Origin: Myxococcaceae bacterium
GTDB taxonomy: Bacteria > Myxococcota > Myxococcia > Myxococcales > Myxococcaceae
Length of the DNA: 44,303 bases
NCBI GenBank assembly: GCA_022616315.1
Contig: JAKEEX010000143.1
Location: 1 to 44,303, forward strand
Direction of reading: 5' to 3'
Shown here: piece after piece, positions 32,777-40,040 of the stretch
How the letters are laid out: each line of letters starts with the position of its first letter
How positions within the stretch are numbered: position 1 is the stretch's first letter
Notes under the pieces: generated by a model
What the model saw: the letters and a program-made list of their open reading frames with translations, nothing else
Told to the model about the DNA's origin: nothing
The model's database searches: none
Position numbers and translations under genes: made by a program

Positions 32777-33793
32777 GTGTCCAAGTGCATCCAGTGCGGG
32801 GCGACGCTTCCCCCGGTGGGCGAGTGCGCCGTCTGTCAGGCCCGGGGCGGGAAGGCGCGCCCCACGCCGGCGCTGCTCGACCTCGAGCTGAAGCTCGACC
32901 GGCGCCTGCCGCAGCGCGCGTCCGGGACCGCGCAGGACGCACCGGGCCAGCGTCCACCGTCTCAGATGACCGCGCTGTCGGAGCCGCTGGGGCTCCGTCC
33001 CGAGCCGACGCTCAGCGGCATGTTTCCCCGCGCCACGCGGGTGCCCGTCCAGCCCCCTGCGCCCGGGACCGCGGCCGCACAGGCGCCCACTGCACCGGCG
33101 GCCCCCGTCGCTGCGTCCTCCCGGGTGCCCCCGCCGCTCGTGCCTCCACAGCATGCGTCCGCGCGCCCTGCGCCGGCAGCGCCGCCTCCTCCGCGCGCGA
33201 TGGCAGGCGGCGCGCAGTTGCCGGCGGCCCCTCCCGTGGTGGCCTCTGCGCAGCACGCCACGCCCACGCAGCCTCCTTCGCAGCCCGGCCCGGGGATGCC
33301 CGCCGCTCCTGCGCCCACCGCACCTGCCGTGCTGCACGCACGTCCGGCGGCGCTGTGGCGCCGTGCACTCGCCGGTGTGGTGGACGGCCTCCTCGTGCTG
33401 GGCGTTGCCACCCTCTATCTGCTCGCCGCCAGCGCCTTCATCGGCGTCAAGCTGCAGCGTTCGGCGAGCAGCCTGGACGCGCTGATGGAGCACGCGCATG
33501 CGCTGGAGCCCGCCCTGCTTCCGGGCTTCATCCTGATGATGGTGCTCGCCATGGCGTACGCCGGGTGGGGCGCTCTCTCCGGCGGTCGCACGCTGGGGCG
33601 GCGTCTCGTGGGCATCCGTCTCGTGGACGCGCGCGGCCTGACGCCGTCGCCCACGCGCGCGGTGGTGCGGGCGGCCCTCTCGGGCGCGTCCTTCCTACTC
33701 TTCTTCGCGGGCTTCTGGATGGCGCTGTTCGACCGCAAGGGTCAGACGCTCCACGACAAGCTCACGTCCACCTTCCTCATTCATCCCGGATAA
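32777..33793 (+). CDS. RDD-family membrane protein with N-terminal zinc ribbon and Pro-rich linker
   Basis: GTG at 32777 with GAGGAGG 6 nt upstream. The ribbon is CIQCG...CAVCQ. About 150 aa are rich in Pro, Ala and Ser. The RDD-type segment runs RRALAGVVDGLLVLGV ... GRTLGRRLVGIRLVD ... FDRKGQTLHDKLTSTFLI. Confidence 0.8.
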   Translation: MSKCIQCGATLPPVGECAVCQARGGKARPTPALLDLELKLDRRLPQRASGTAQDAPGQRPPSQMTALSEPLGLRPEPTLSGMFPRATRVPVQPPAPGTAAAQAPTAPAAPVAASSRVPPPLVPPQHASARPAPAAPPPPRAMAGGAQLPAAPPVVASAQHATPTQPPSQPGPGMPAAPAPTAPAVLHARPAALWRRALAGVVDGLLVLGVATLYLLAASAFIGVKLQRSASSLDALMEHAHALEPALLPGFILMMVLAMAYAGWGALSGGRTLGRRLVGIRLVDARGLTPSPTRAVVRAALSGASFLLFFAGFWMALFDRKGQTLHDKLTSTFLIHPG

Positions 33794-33804
33794 AGTTTCC
33801 CTCC

Positions 33805-36390
33805 ATGCCCTTGCGGCTCGTGAAGCACCTGGTCGGGCGCGGCCTCCTCCAGGAAGGCCAGGCCCGCGAGGCCCTCTACCGCCAGGCGTCCGCCGGGGGC
33901 GCGGTGGACAGCGCCGCGCTCGAGCTCTCGCTCGTGTCCGAGGCGGAGGTCCTGAAGGCCCTGGCCGAGGTGTCCGGTCTGCGTGCCGTCAACCTCGCGG
34001 ACTTCGAGCCCAACCCCCAGGTGGCACCGCTGGTTCCGCAGAAGATCGCGGAGCGCTGGTGCGTCGTGCCGCTGTCGGTGGAGGGTGCCACGCTCCACGT
34101 GGCCTGCGGGTACCCCGTGCCGCGTCGCGAGCTGGAGGAGATGGCGCTCCTGCTCGGCAAGCAGCTGGAGCTCTGGGTGGCCACCGAGGTCCGCGTGCGC
34201 GACTGGATCTCGCGCGTGTACGGCGTCGCGCTCGCGCAGCGGATGGTGGAGCTGCTCGGGCAGGTGGAAGCGGCGCGCGGCACCCACGACGACGAGGGAG
34301 CGCCCCCTTCCGCCCTGGGGCCTGCACCCGGAGGGGTGGCTCCGGCCGCTCCCGCGAGCACGGAGGCCTCCGCCGAAGCCATGGCGCGGGAGATGGTGGA
34401 GCAGCTCGCGCGCAGCGTTGCCGCGGAGCCGCTGCCTGCGCACCTTCGCCCGCAGCCGGCCCCCACCCCGCGCGAGGAGCAGCCCGTCTCCCGCGGACGG
34501 ACGGACATGCCCGCGCCGGTGGCTCCCCATGCTTCCGCCAACGGTACGCGGACGGGCCCGGACGTCCGCGCCACCGCCCGCGCAGCCCCCTGGCTGCCCC
34601 CGTCCCTCCAGGCGGCCATCGCGAGAGGCGAGGACATCCGCGAGCTGCTCGAGGCCTCGCCCGCGGCGGCGCCCGGGCTCCTCCCGCACTCAGCCACCGC
34701 CAGCCCGCACCCGCCTGCGAGCGCCGTCGAGGCCAGCGCGCCGGCGGCTCCCCGTGCTCCTGCGAAGCCCGAGCCGCAGTACCTCGTGTTCCCCGCGGCC
34801 TCGCCAGGAGCCCCGGCGCCAGCCGTCCCACCGCCGCCCGCGACACGCCCGGAGGGCCCCCTCCCGGCGGACGTCCCCGAGTGGACGCTGGCGCAGGCGC
34901 GCGCCGCGCTGAAGGAGGCGTCGCACGACCGGGAGCGCCTGCTCGACGTGGCGCTTCGCTTCGCGCGCCGCACCTTCGACTATTGCGCTTTCTTCGCCGT
35001 CATCCGCGGCCAGGCGATGGGCTGGGAGGCGCGAGGCGCGCTTCCGGGTGCTCCCTCGCTGACGGAGGTGAGCATCCCGCTCGACGTGGCGAGCCTCTTC
35101 CGCACGGTGGCCGTCACCCGCGGCAGCTACGTGGGCACCCCGCAGGACTCCCTCACGCACGGCTACCTCGAGGGCTTCGGCCGCAAGGCTCCCCGCGCCG
35201 TGTTCCTCTTCCCCGTGGAGGTGCGCTCGCGGCTCGTGGCGCTCTTCTACGCGGACAGCGGCCCCAAGCCGGTGAGCCAGCGCCGCCTCTCCGAGCTCGT
35301 CCTCTTCTGTCAGGAGCTCCCGGGCGCCTTCCAGGAGCTCATCCTCTACCGCAAGCGGCGCGTGGAGGACGCGAGCCTGCCCGTGGAGGACACCACCACG
35401 GGGACACCGTCGCCCGCGCAGGGTGTGGCCGGGCTCGGCTGGAGTCCCTTCACGTCCCTGGAGCGCACCGCGCTCGGCCGCGCCGCCACGCTCCCGCCCA
35501 TGACGCTGTCCCAGGAGGAGCGGCCGCCCCCGGACTTCGGGCCCGTCCTGCGCCGCCTCACCGGGCCGGACGCCGCCACGCGCGCGCACGCGATGGCGGA
35601 CCTCGCGCGCTCGCCCGAGGCCAGCGCGAAGGTGCTCGCACGCGCGTTTCCCGGGCCGTCCGCCTGGACCCGGATGCCCGTCACCGAGCTCCCGGAGGCC
35701 GACGAGCTCGGTCCCATCCCCGGCGCGCTCTCCCGCCTGGGGCGCCCCGCCGCCGTCGCGCTCGCTCCGCTGCTGGACAGTGACGATGGGGACGCGCGCT
35801 ACCTCGCGCTGCTGACCGCAGGCAACCTCCCCTTCGCGGAGCTGGTGGACGGCGTGCTGCGCGGCCTGTTCGACCTCGAGCCGGACATCTCCAGCGCCGC
35901 ACGCGCCGCGGCCGCGAGCCTCAAGCACGTGCCCCGGATGGAGGCCGCCATGCGGGGCCTGCGCCAGGAGCTCGCGAGCCGGGATGCCCTGCGCCGCTCC
36001 CTGGCGGCACGCGCGCTGGGGGCGCTGCACGACCGCGAGTCCATCGACGGCCTCATCAACCTCACGTCGAGCGACGACGAGATGTGCGCGCAGGCCGCCG
36101 CGGACGCGCTGAAGGAGGTGACGCGCGTCACCTTCGGCACCGACACGCGCAGGTGGACCATGTGGTGGGCCGAGGCGCGGAGCCGGCGGCGCGTGGAGTG
36201 GCTGGTGGCGTCCCTGCGCCACACGGACCTGGAGGTGCGCGTGGCCTCCGTCGAGGAGCTCGCGCGCGCGCTCGGGGACGCGCTCGGCTACGACGCCGGC
36301 GCACCGCCCCGTGAGCGCGAGGCCGCCGTGCGCCGCTGGGAGGCCTCCCTCGTGGAGCCCCAGCGCGCCCGCCGCCTCGCGCGGCTCTGA
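33805..36390 (+). CDS. Multidomain protein: GspE-N/MshEN-like domain, Pro-rich linker, GAF-like region, C-terminal HEAT repeats
   Basis: ATG at 33805, 11 nt after the RDD gene stop. The N-terminal ~105 aa resemble the T2SS protein E N-terminal domain (RLVKHLVGRGLLQEGQAREALYRQ ... LVSEAEVLKALAEVSGL ... IAERWCVVPLS...LHVACGYP). The C-terminus has HEAT-like repeats (LAARALGALHDRESIDGLINLTSSDDEMCAQAAADALKEV and LRHTDLEVRVASVEELARALG). The listed ORF start at 32695 overlaps the RDD gene in another frame and was rejected. Confidence 0.7.
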   Translation: MPLRLVKHLVGRGLLQEGQAREALYRQASAGGAVDSAALELSLVSEAEVLKALAEVSGLRAVNLADFEPNPQVAPLVPQKIAERWCVVPLSVEGATLHVACGYPVPRRELEEMALLLGKQLELWVATEVRVRDWISRVYGVALAQRMVELLGQVEAARGTHDDEGAPPSALGPAPGGVAPAAPASTEASAEAMAREMVEQLARSVAAEPLPAHLRPQPAPTPREEQPVSRGRTDMPAPVAPHASANGTRTGPDVRATARAAPWLPPSLQAAIARGEDIRELLEASPAAAPGLLPHSATASPHPPASAVEASAPAAPRAPAKPEPQYLVFPAASPGAPAPAVPPPPATRPEGPLPADVPEWTLAQARAALKEASHDRERLLDVALRFARRTFDYCAFFAVIRGQAMGWEARGALPGAPSLTEVSIPLDVASLFRTVAVTRGSYVGTPQDSLTHGYLEGFGRKAPRAVFLFPVEVRSRLVALFYADSGPKPVSQRRLSELVLFCQELPGAFQELILYRKRRVEDASLPVEDTTTGTPSPAQGVAGLGWSPFTSLERTALGRAATLPPMTLSQEERPPPDFGPVLRRLTGPDAATRAHAMADLARSPEASAKVLARAFPGPSAWTRMPVTELPEADELGPIPGALSRLGRPAAVALAPLLDSDDGDARYLALLTAGNLPFAELVDGVLRGLFDLEPDISSAARAAAASLKHVPRMEAAMRGLRQELASRDALRRSLAARALGALHDRESIDGLINLTSSDDEMCAQAAADALKEVTRVTFGTDTRRWTMWWAEARSRRRVEWLVASLRHTDLEVRVASVEELARALGDALGYDAGAPPREREAAVRRWEASLVEPQRARRLARL

Positions 36391-36483
36391 CGGACGGCCG
36401 CCCGCCTGCCCACCCTGATGGAGGCTCCCGGGCCCCACTTGTGGGCGCTTTCGCTGGCGCACCGGTGTATAGAGGCGCGCCAT

Positions 36484-38055
36484 ATGGACGGCACCCAGGG
36501 CAACCCCGAGAAGGACCCCCTCCGCGCACGGCTCGTGGAGCTGGAGAAGCAGGCCGAGGCGGGCGGCGGCGCGGACCGCATCGCCAAGCAGCACGAGGCC
36601 GGCAAGCTGACGGCGCGCGAGCGCATCGACCTCCTCCTGGACCCCGGCTCCTTCTGCGAGCTCGACAAGTTCGTCACCCACCGCGCCACCGAGTTCGGGA
36701 TGGCGGACAAGAAGATTCCGGGAGACGGCGTCGTCACGGGCTACGGCACGGTGGATGGCCGCCAGGTCTTCGTCTTCGCGCAGGACTTCACCGTCTTCGG
36801 CGGCTCGCTGTCCGGCGCGTACGCGCAGAAGATCTGCAAGATCATGGACCTCGCCACGCGCGTGGGAGCGCCGGTGGTGGGCCTGAACGACTCGGGCGGC
36901 GCGCGCATCCAGGAGGGCGTGGAGTCCCTGGCGGGCTACGCGGACATCTTCCTGCGCAACACCCTGGCGAGCGGCGTGGTGCCGCAGATCTCCCTCATCC
37001 TCGGCCCCTGCGCGGGCGGCGCGGTGTACTCGCCCGCCATCACGGACTTCATCGTGATGGCCAAGGACACCAGCTACATGTTCATCACCGGCCCGGACGT
37101 CATCAAGACGGTGACGCACGAGGAGGTGTCCAAGGAGTCGCTGGGAGGAGCGCTCTCGCACAACAGCAGGTCCGGCGTGGCGCACTTCGCCGCGGACAAC
37201 GAGCAGGCCGCCATCCTGCTCACGCGCGAGCTCCTGAGCTACCTCCCCTCCAACAACCAGGAGGACCCGCCGGTGGAGCCGTCCGACGACGACCCGTTCC
37301 GCACGGACGACGCGCTCAAGGCGCTGGTGCCCGCGAACCCGAACAAGCCCTACGACATCAAGGAGCTCATCCGGGCGGTGGTGGACAACAAGCACTTCTT
37401 CGAGGTGCAGGAGCACTACGCGAAGAACATCGTCGTGGGCTTCGCGCGCCTGAACGGCCGGAGCGTGGGCATCGTGGCGAACCAGCCGGCGGTGCTCGCG
37501 GGAGTGCTGGACATCGACGCGAGCCGCAAGGCCGCGCGCTTCGTGCGCTTCTGTGACTGCTTCAACATCCCGCTCGTCACGCTGGTGGACGTGCCCGGCT
37601 TCCTTCCCGGCACCTCGCAGGAGTGGGGCGGCATCATCACCCACGGCGCGAAGCTGCTCTACGCGTACGCGGAGGCCACGGTGCCCAAGGTGACGCTCAT
37701 CACCCGCAAGGCCTACGGCGGCGCCTACGACGTGATGGCGAGCAAGCACATCCGCGCGGACATCAACTACGCCTACCCCACCGCGGAGATCGCGGTGATG
37801 GGGCCCGAGGGCGCGGTCAACATCATCTTCCGCAACGAGCTCCTCAAGGCGGCCGACGCCAACGCCGAGCGCCAGCGGCTGGTGAACGATTACCGGGAGA
37901 AGTTCGCCAACCCCTTCAAGGCGGCGGAGCTCGGCTACATCGACGAGGTCATCCGTCCCGAGGAGACGCGCGGCAAGCTCATCCGTGCGCTGGAGATGCT
38001 GAAGGACAAGCGGCAGGAGAACCTGCCGCGCAAGCACGGAAACATCCCTCTCTGA
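36484..38055 (+). CDS. pccB: Acyl-CoA carboxylase carboxyltransferase beta subunit (propionyl-CoA carboxylase beta / methylmalonyl-CoA carboxyltransferase family)
   Basis: 523 aa. Contains [86 protein letters not shown] and ELGYIDEVI, the full set of carboxyltransferase family blocks. Substrate specificity is not determinable by eye. Confidence 0.85.
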   Translation: MDGTQGNPEKDPLRARLVELEKQAEAGGGADRIAKQHEAGKLTARERIDLLLDPGSFCELDKFVTHRATEFGMADKKIPGDGVVTGYGTVDGRQVFVFAQDFTVFGGSLSGAYAQKICKIMDLATRVGAPVVGLNDSGGARIQEGVESLAGYADIFLRNTLASGVVPQISLILGPCAGGAVYSPAITDFIVMAKDTSYMFITGPDVIKTVTHEEVSKESLGGALSHNSRSGVAHFAADNEQAAILLTRELLSYLPSNNQEDPPVEPSDDDPFRTDDALKALVPANPNKPYDIKELIRAVVDNKHFFEVQEHYAKNIVVGFARLNGRSVGIVANQPAVLAGVLDIDASRKAARFVRFCDCFNIPLVTLVDVPGFLPGTSQEWGGIITHGAKLLYAYAEATVPKVTLITRKAYGGAYDVMASKHIRADINYAYPTAEIAVMGPEGAVNIIFRNELLKAADANAERQRLVNDYREKFANPFKAAELGYIDEVIRPEETRGKLIRALEMLKDKRQENLPRKHGNIPL

Positions 38056-38064
38056 TCCACCGTC

Positions 38065-38085
38065 CCCTCTCCCCCCGGGAGAGGG
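38065..38085. repeat. Core-only copy D of the palindromic repeat (CCCTCTCCC-CCC-GGGAGAGGG) in the pccB / lipoprotein spacer
   Basis: It has the same 9-bp stem as copies A-C with a different 3-nt loop. It lacks the CCCTCACCCTGT left flank. It lies 9 nt after the stop at 38055 and 13 nt before the ATG at 38099. Confidence 0.6.
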
Positions 38086-38098
38086 AGAGCGGATCCCC

Positions 38099-38803
38099 AT
38101 GCCTTCACTCCGTCCCTCGCGCTCCCGCCACCCCTGGGCGCCCCTCACGCTCCTCGCCCTCGCGCTGACGGCCTGCGCTCCGTGCGGCGGCACCCACACG
38201 CCCACCGCGACGCCCGCGGCCACCCGCATCACCGTGCTTCCCCTGGGCGAGGGCGCTGCGGCCCACGTCGAGGCGGTGCGCGCGGGCCTTACGGCCACCT
38301 ACCCGGGCCTGCCGGTGACGGTGGCGCCAGCCGAGCCGCTCCCCGCGGGCGTGGAGGGAGACAGCCCCGGGGCCGTGTCCGCGGAGAAGCTGATGGACAC
38401 GCTCGCCGCGCGCGGTCCGGGCCTCCTGGTGCTGCTCGACGCGGACCTCGGCTCGCGCGTCTTCAGCTCCGTCTTCTCCCAGGTGGACTTCCCCCGTGGA
38501 AACGCGGTGGTGGCGCTGGCGCGCTTCCACACGGCGGATGGGAGCCCGCCGGCACCGGGTGCGGCCCTCTCCGCGGAGGCCCAGGCGCGCGCGGGAATGC
38601 GCACGCGCAAGCAGGCCATCAACGCCGTGGGCAAGCTGCTGGCGCTCTTCCCGTGCAAGGAGGAGCGGTGCGTGCTTCAGCGGCCCTCCGGCGTCCAGGC
38701 GCTCGACAAGGCCGAGGGTCTCTGCCCGCGTCACGCCGGACTGGTGGACCTGAAGATGCGCGCCCTTCGAGAGGCACGCGGGGAGGCAACGGCTTCACCC
38801 TGA
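38099..38803 (+). CDS. Lipoprotein with archaemetzincin (peptidase M54)-like scaffold lacking the HExxH active site
   Basis: The lipobox is LALALTAC. The layout ITVLPLG..., LLVLLDADLG...VFS, AVVALARF matches the archaemetzincin fold pattern. At the motif HEXXHXXGX3CX4CXMX17CXXC, this protein has NAVGKLLALFPCKEERCVL-X15-CPRH. Confidence 0.5.
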   Translation: MPSLRPSRSRHPWAPLTLLALALTACAPCGGTHTPTATPAATRITVLPLGEGAAAHVEAVRAGLTATYPGLPVTVAPAEPLPAGVEGDSPGAVSAEKLMDTLAARGPGLLVLLDADLGSRVFSSVFSQVDFPRGNAVVALARFHTADGSPPAPGAALSAEAQARAGMRTRKQAINAVGKLLALFPCKEERCVLQRPSGVQALDKAEGLCPRHAGLVDLKMRALREARGEATASP

Positions 38804-38805
38804 CG

Positions 38806-39015
38806 TCAGCTGTCGGCGGTGCGCCAGCTGCGCGGACGCCACCGGCTCTCCAGCGACAGACGCCAGGCGCGCCGCTCTGCCACCTCGAGCTCGTGGATCG
38901 CACGCGCGTACCGCGAGCGCGCCGCCTCCGTTCCGGCCGCGAGCCCTCGCTCGGCCTCCTGCATCTCGTGCCGCACCGCGTTCAGCTCCACGGCGGATTC
39001 GATGGAACCACTCAT
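38806..39015 (-). CDS. Candidate small helical protein (69 aa), unknown function
   Basis: ATG at 39015 with GGGAGG 8 nt upstream. 60 of 69 codons end in G/C. The product is MSGSIESAVELNAVRHEMQEAERGLAAGTEAARSRYARAIHELEVAERRAWRLSLESRWRPRSWRTADS. It is the only part of the listed 406-aa ORF (38806..40026) that is not antisense or overlapping a better gene. Confidence 0.4.
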   Translation of the reverse strand: MSGSIESAVELNAVRHEMQEAERGLAAGTEAARSRYARAIHELEVAERRAWRLSLESRWRPRSWRTADS

Positions 39016-39137
39016 CTGGGACACCTCCCGCTGTATTGCCGCAGGCTCTGCACGGTCCGGACCAGGAAAGCCATCCGTGTAAGGGTGCAGAATCCGAGAC
39101 GTCTTCCGGACAGTGACTGCCTCCCGGTGGCCCGGGG

Positions 39138-39157
39138 CTGCGTAGCTCCCTACGCAG
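39138..39157 (-). other. Perfect 8-bp hairpin (CTGCGTAG-GGAG-CTACGCAG on the transcript) spanning the stop codon of the methyltransferase-like gene
   Basis: 39138-39145 and 39150-39157 are exact reverse complements with a 4-nt loop. The TAG stop (39150-39152) forms part of the stem. No U-tract follows. Confidence 0.6.
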
Positions 39158-39881
39158 GTGAGAATCTGGCGACGCGAGGTGGCGCCGCCTCGGGCAGCTC
39201 CACGCGCAGGTTGCGCGCGCGCCTGCAGCGGCGCCTGCTGAGCTCCACGCCCACGGCAGAGAGCCCCAGGGCGTTGGCCACGGCCAGCACGCTGCCCTCG
39301 CCGCAGAACGGGTCCACCACCGTGTGCGAGCGTGTGTTCTCCCGCACCCAGCGCACGGCAGCCACGCACGCGGCGAGCCCCATGGCGCGGCTCCACGTCA
39401 TCTCCCCCGTCTCCGGAAGCACATCCGCGGTGGAGCGCGCCAGGTCCACCCGCACGCCGCGGGAGAAGCAGAGCAGGTGCGCCCACGCCGGACGCCCGAA
39501 GGTGACGGTGCCCGGTGGCCGGCGGCACACCACCTTGTGCCACAGCAACGCGCACCCCTCGCGCTCCGCGGCCTGCTGGCAGAGGTAGCCCTTGTCCACC
39601 CAGGTCCCCTCCCTCTTGATGTCCGTCTGATAGAAGACGGCGACCCCGTCCGGCGGGACGCGCGAGAGGAGGAGCGCCGCGCAGTCCACGAACCACGCGC
39701 GCCACGCGGGAAGCTCCATCGCCACCTCGGACACGTCCGGCAGCGAGGTGATGGCGCTCCACCCCTCCCACACGGGCTGGCGGCTCAGCCAGGCCACCGC
39801 GTCCTCGCAGTGGACGGTCCGCGCTTCCTGCCCGCTCGTCGCATTTCCGTCCACGGTGCGCCTCGCCCCCAGTATGGCCAT
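39150..39881 (-). CDS. Beta-class N4/N6-type methyltransferase-like protein with non-canonical motif IV
   Basis: ATG at 39881 with a GGGAGGGAGGAAG element upstream. The motif order is IV then I, as in beta-class DNA MTases. Motif IV is ITSLPDV in place of (D/S/N)PP(Y/F). Motif I is VVDPFCGEGSVLAVANALGLSAVGVELS. No nuclease gene is adjacent. Confidence 0.55.
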   Translation of the reverse strand: MAILGARRTVDGNATSGQEARTVHCEDAVAWLSRQPVWEGWSAITSLPDVSEVAMELPAWRAWFVDCAALLLSRVPPDGVAVFYQTDIKREGTWVDKGYLCQQAAEREGCALLWHKVVCRRPPGTVTFGRPAWAHLLCFSRGVRVDLARSTADVLPETGEMTWSRAMGLAACVAAVRWVRENTRSHTVVDPFCGEGSVLAVANALGLSAVGVELSRRRCRRARNLRVELPEAAPPRVARFSPA

Positions 39882-39974
39882 CCCGCTTCCTCCCTCCCTG
39901 TCCACCGTTCCCCACACCGGGGCGACGCTGTCGGGGAGCGTTCGTTTCACCTGCACCAGGGGACCAGCCGGAAC

Positions 39975-39990
39975 GGGCGCCCGGCTTGCA
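39975..39990 (+). promoter_or_regulatory. Candidate sigma-54 (-24/-12) promoter upstream of the 40041 gene
   Basis: GGGCGC-CCGGC-TTGCA versus the consensus TGGCAC-N5-TTGCA. The GG and GC dinucleotides have correct spacing, and the -12 element matches 5/5. It ends 50 nt before the ATG at 40041. Confidence 0.25.
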
Positions 39991-40040
39991 CGGATGGACG
40001 ACACGGCGGACGGCGTGTGGCTCCACCGGACGGGGGAGAC

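Noticed and set aside
32695-33804. N-terminal 370 codons of the listed 1231-aa ORF 32695..36390.
   Set aside because: This part overlaps the RDD-family gene in another frame. The RDD frame has a zinc ribbon, the RDD motifs and a good RBS. The sequence becomes protein-like only from ATG 33805 (MPLRLVKHLVGRGLL...).
36468-36473. TATAGA, a -10-like hexamer 11 nt upstream of the carboxyltransferase ATG (possible near-leaderless transcript).
   Set aside because: There is no acceptable -35 element at 16-19 nt spacing (TTGTGG is 23 nt away). A single AT-rich hexamer is insufficient evidence.
34690-38298. 1202-aa minus-strand ORF.
   Set aside because: It is antisense to the GspE-N/HEAT gene and the carboxyltransferase gene, both of which have clear family motifs. 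The product is low-complexity (R/G/A/H/E) and has no motifs. It is a GC-shadow ORF.
39016-40026. Upstream 337 codons of the listed 406-aa ORF 38806..40026.
   Set aside because: It overlaps the methyltransferase-like gene (39150..39881) in another frame, and that gene has recognisable SAM-binding motifs and an RBS. The translation is Arg/Gly-rich. Only the terminal 69 codons, which lie in otherwise non-coding DNA, were retained, as a low-confidence gene.
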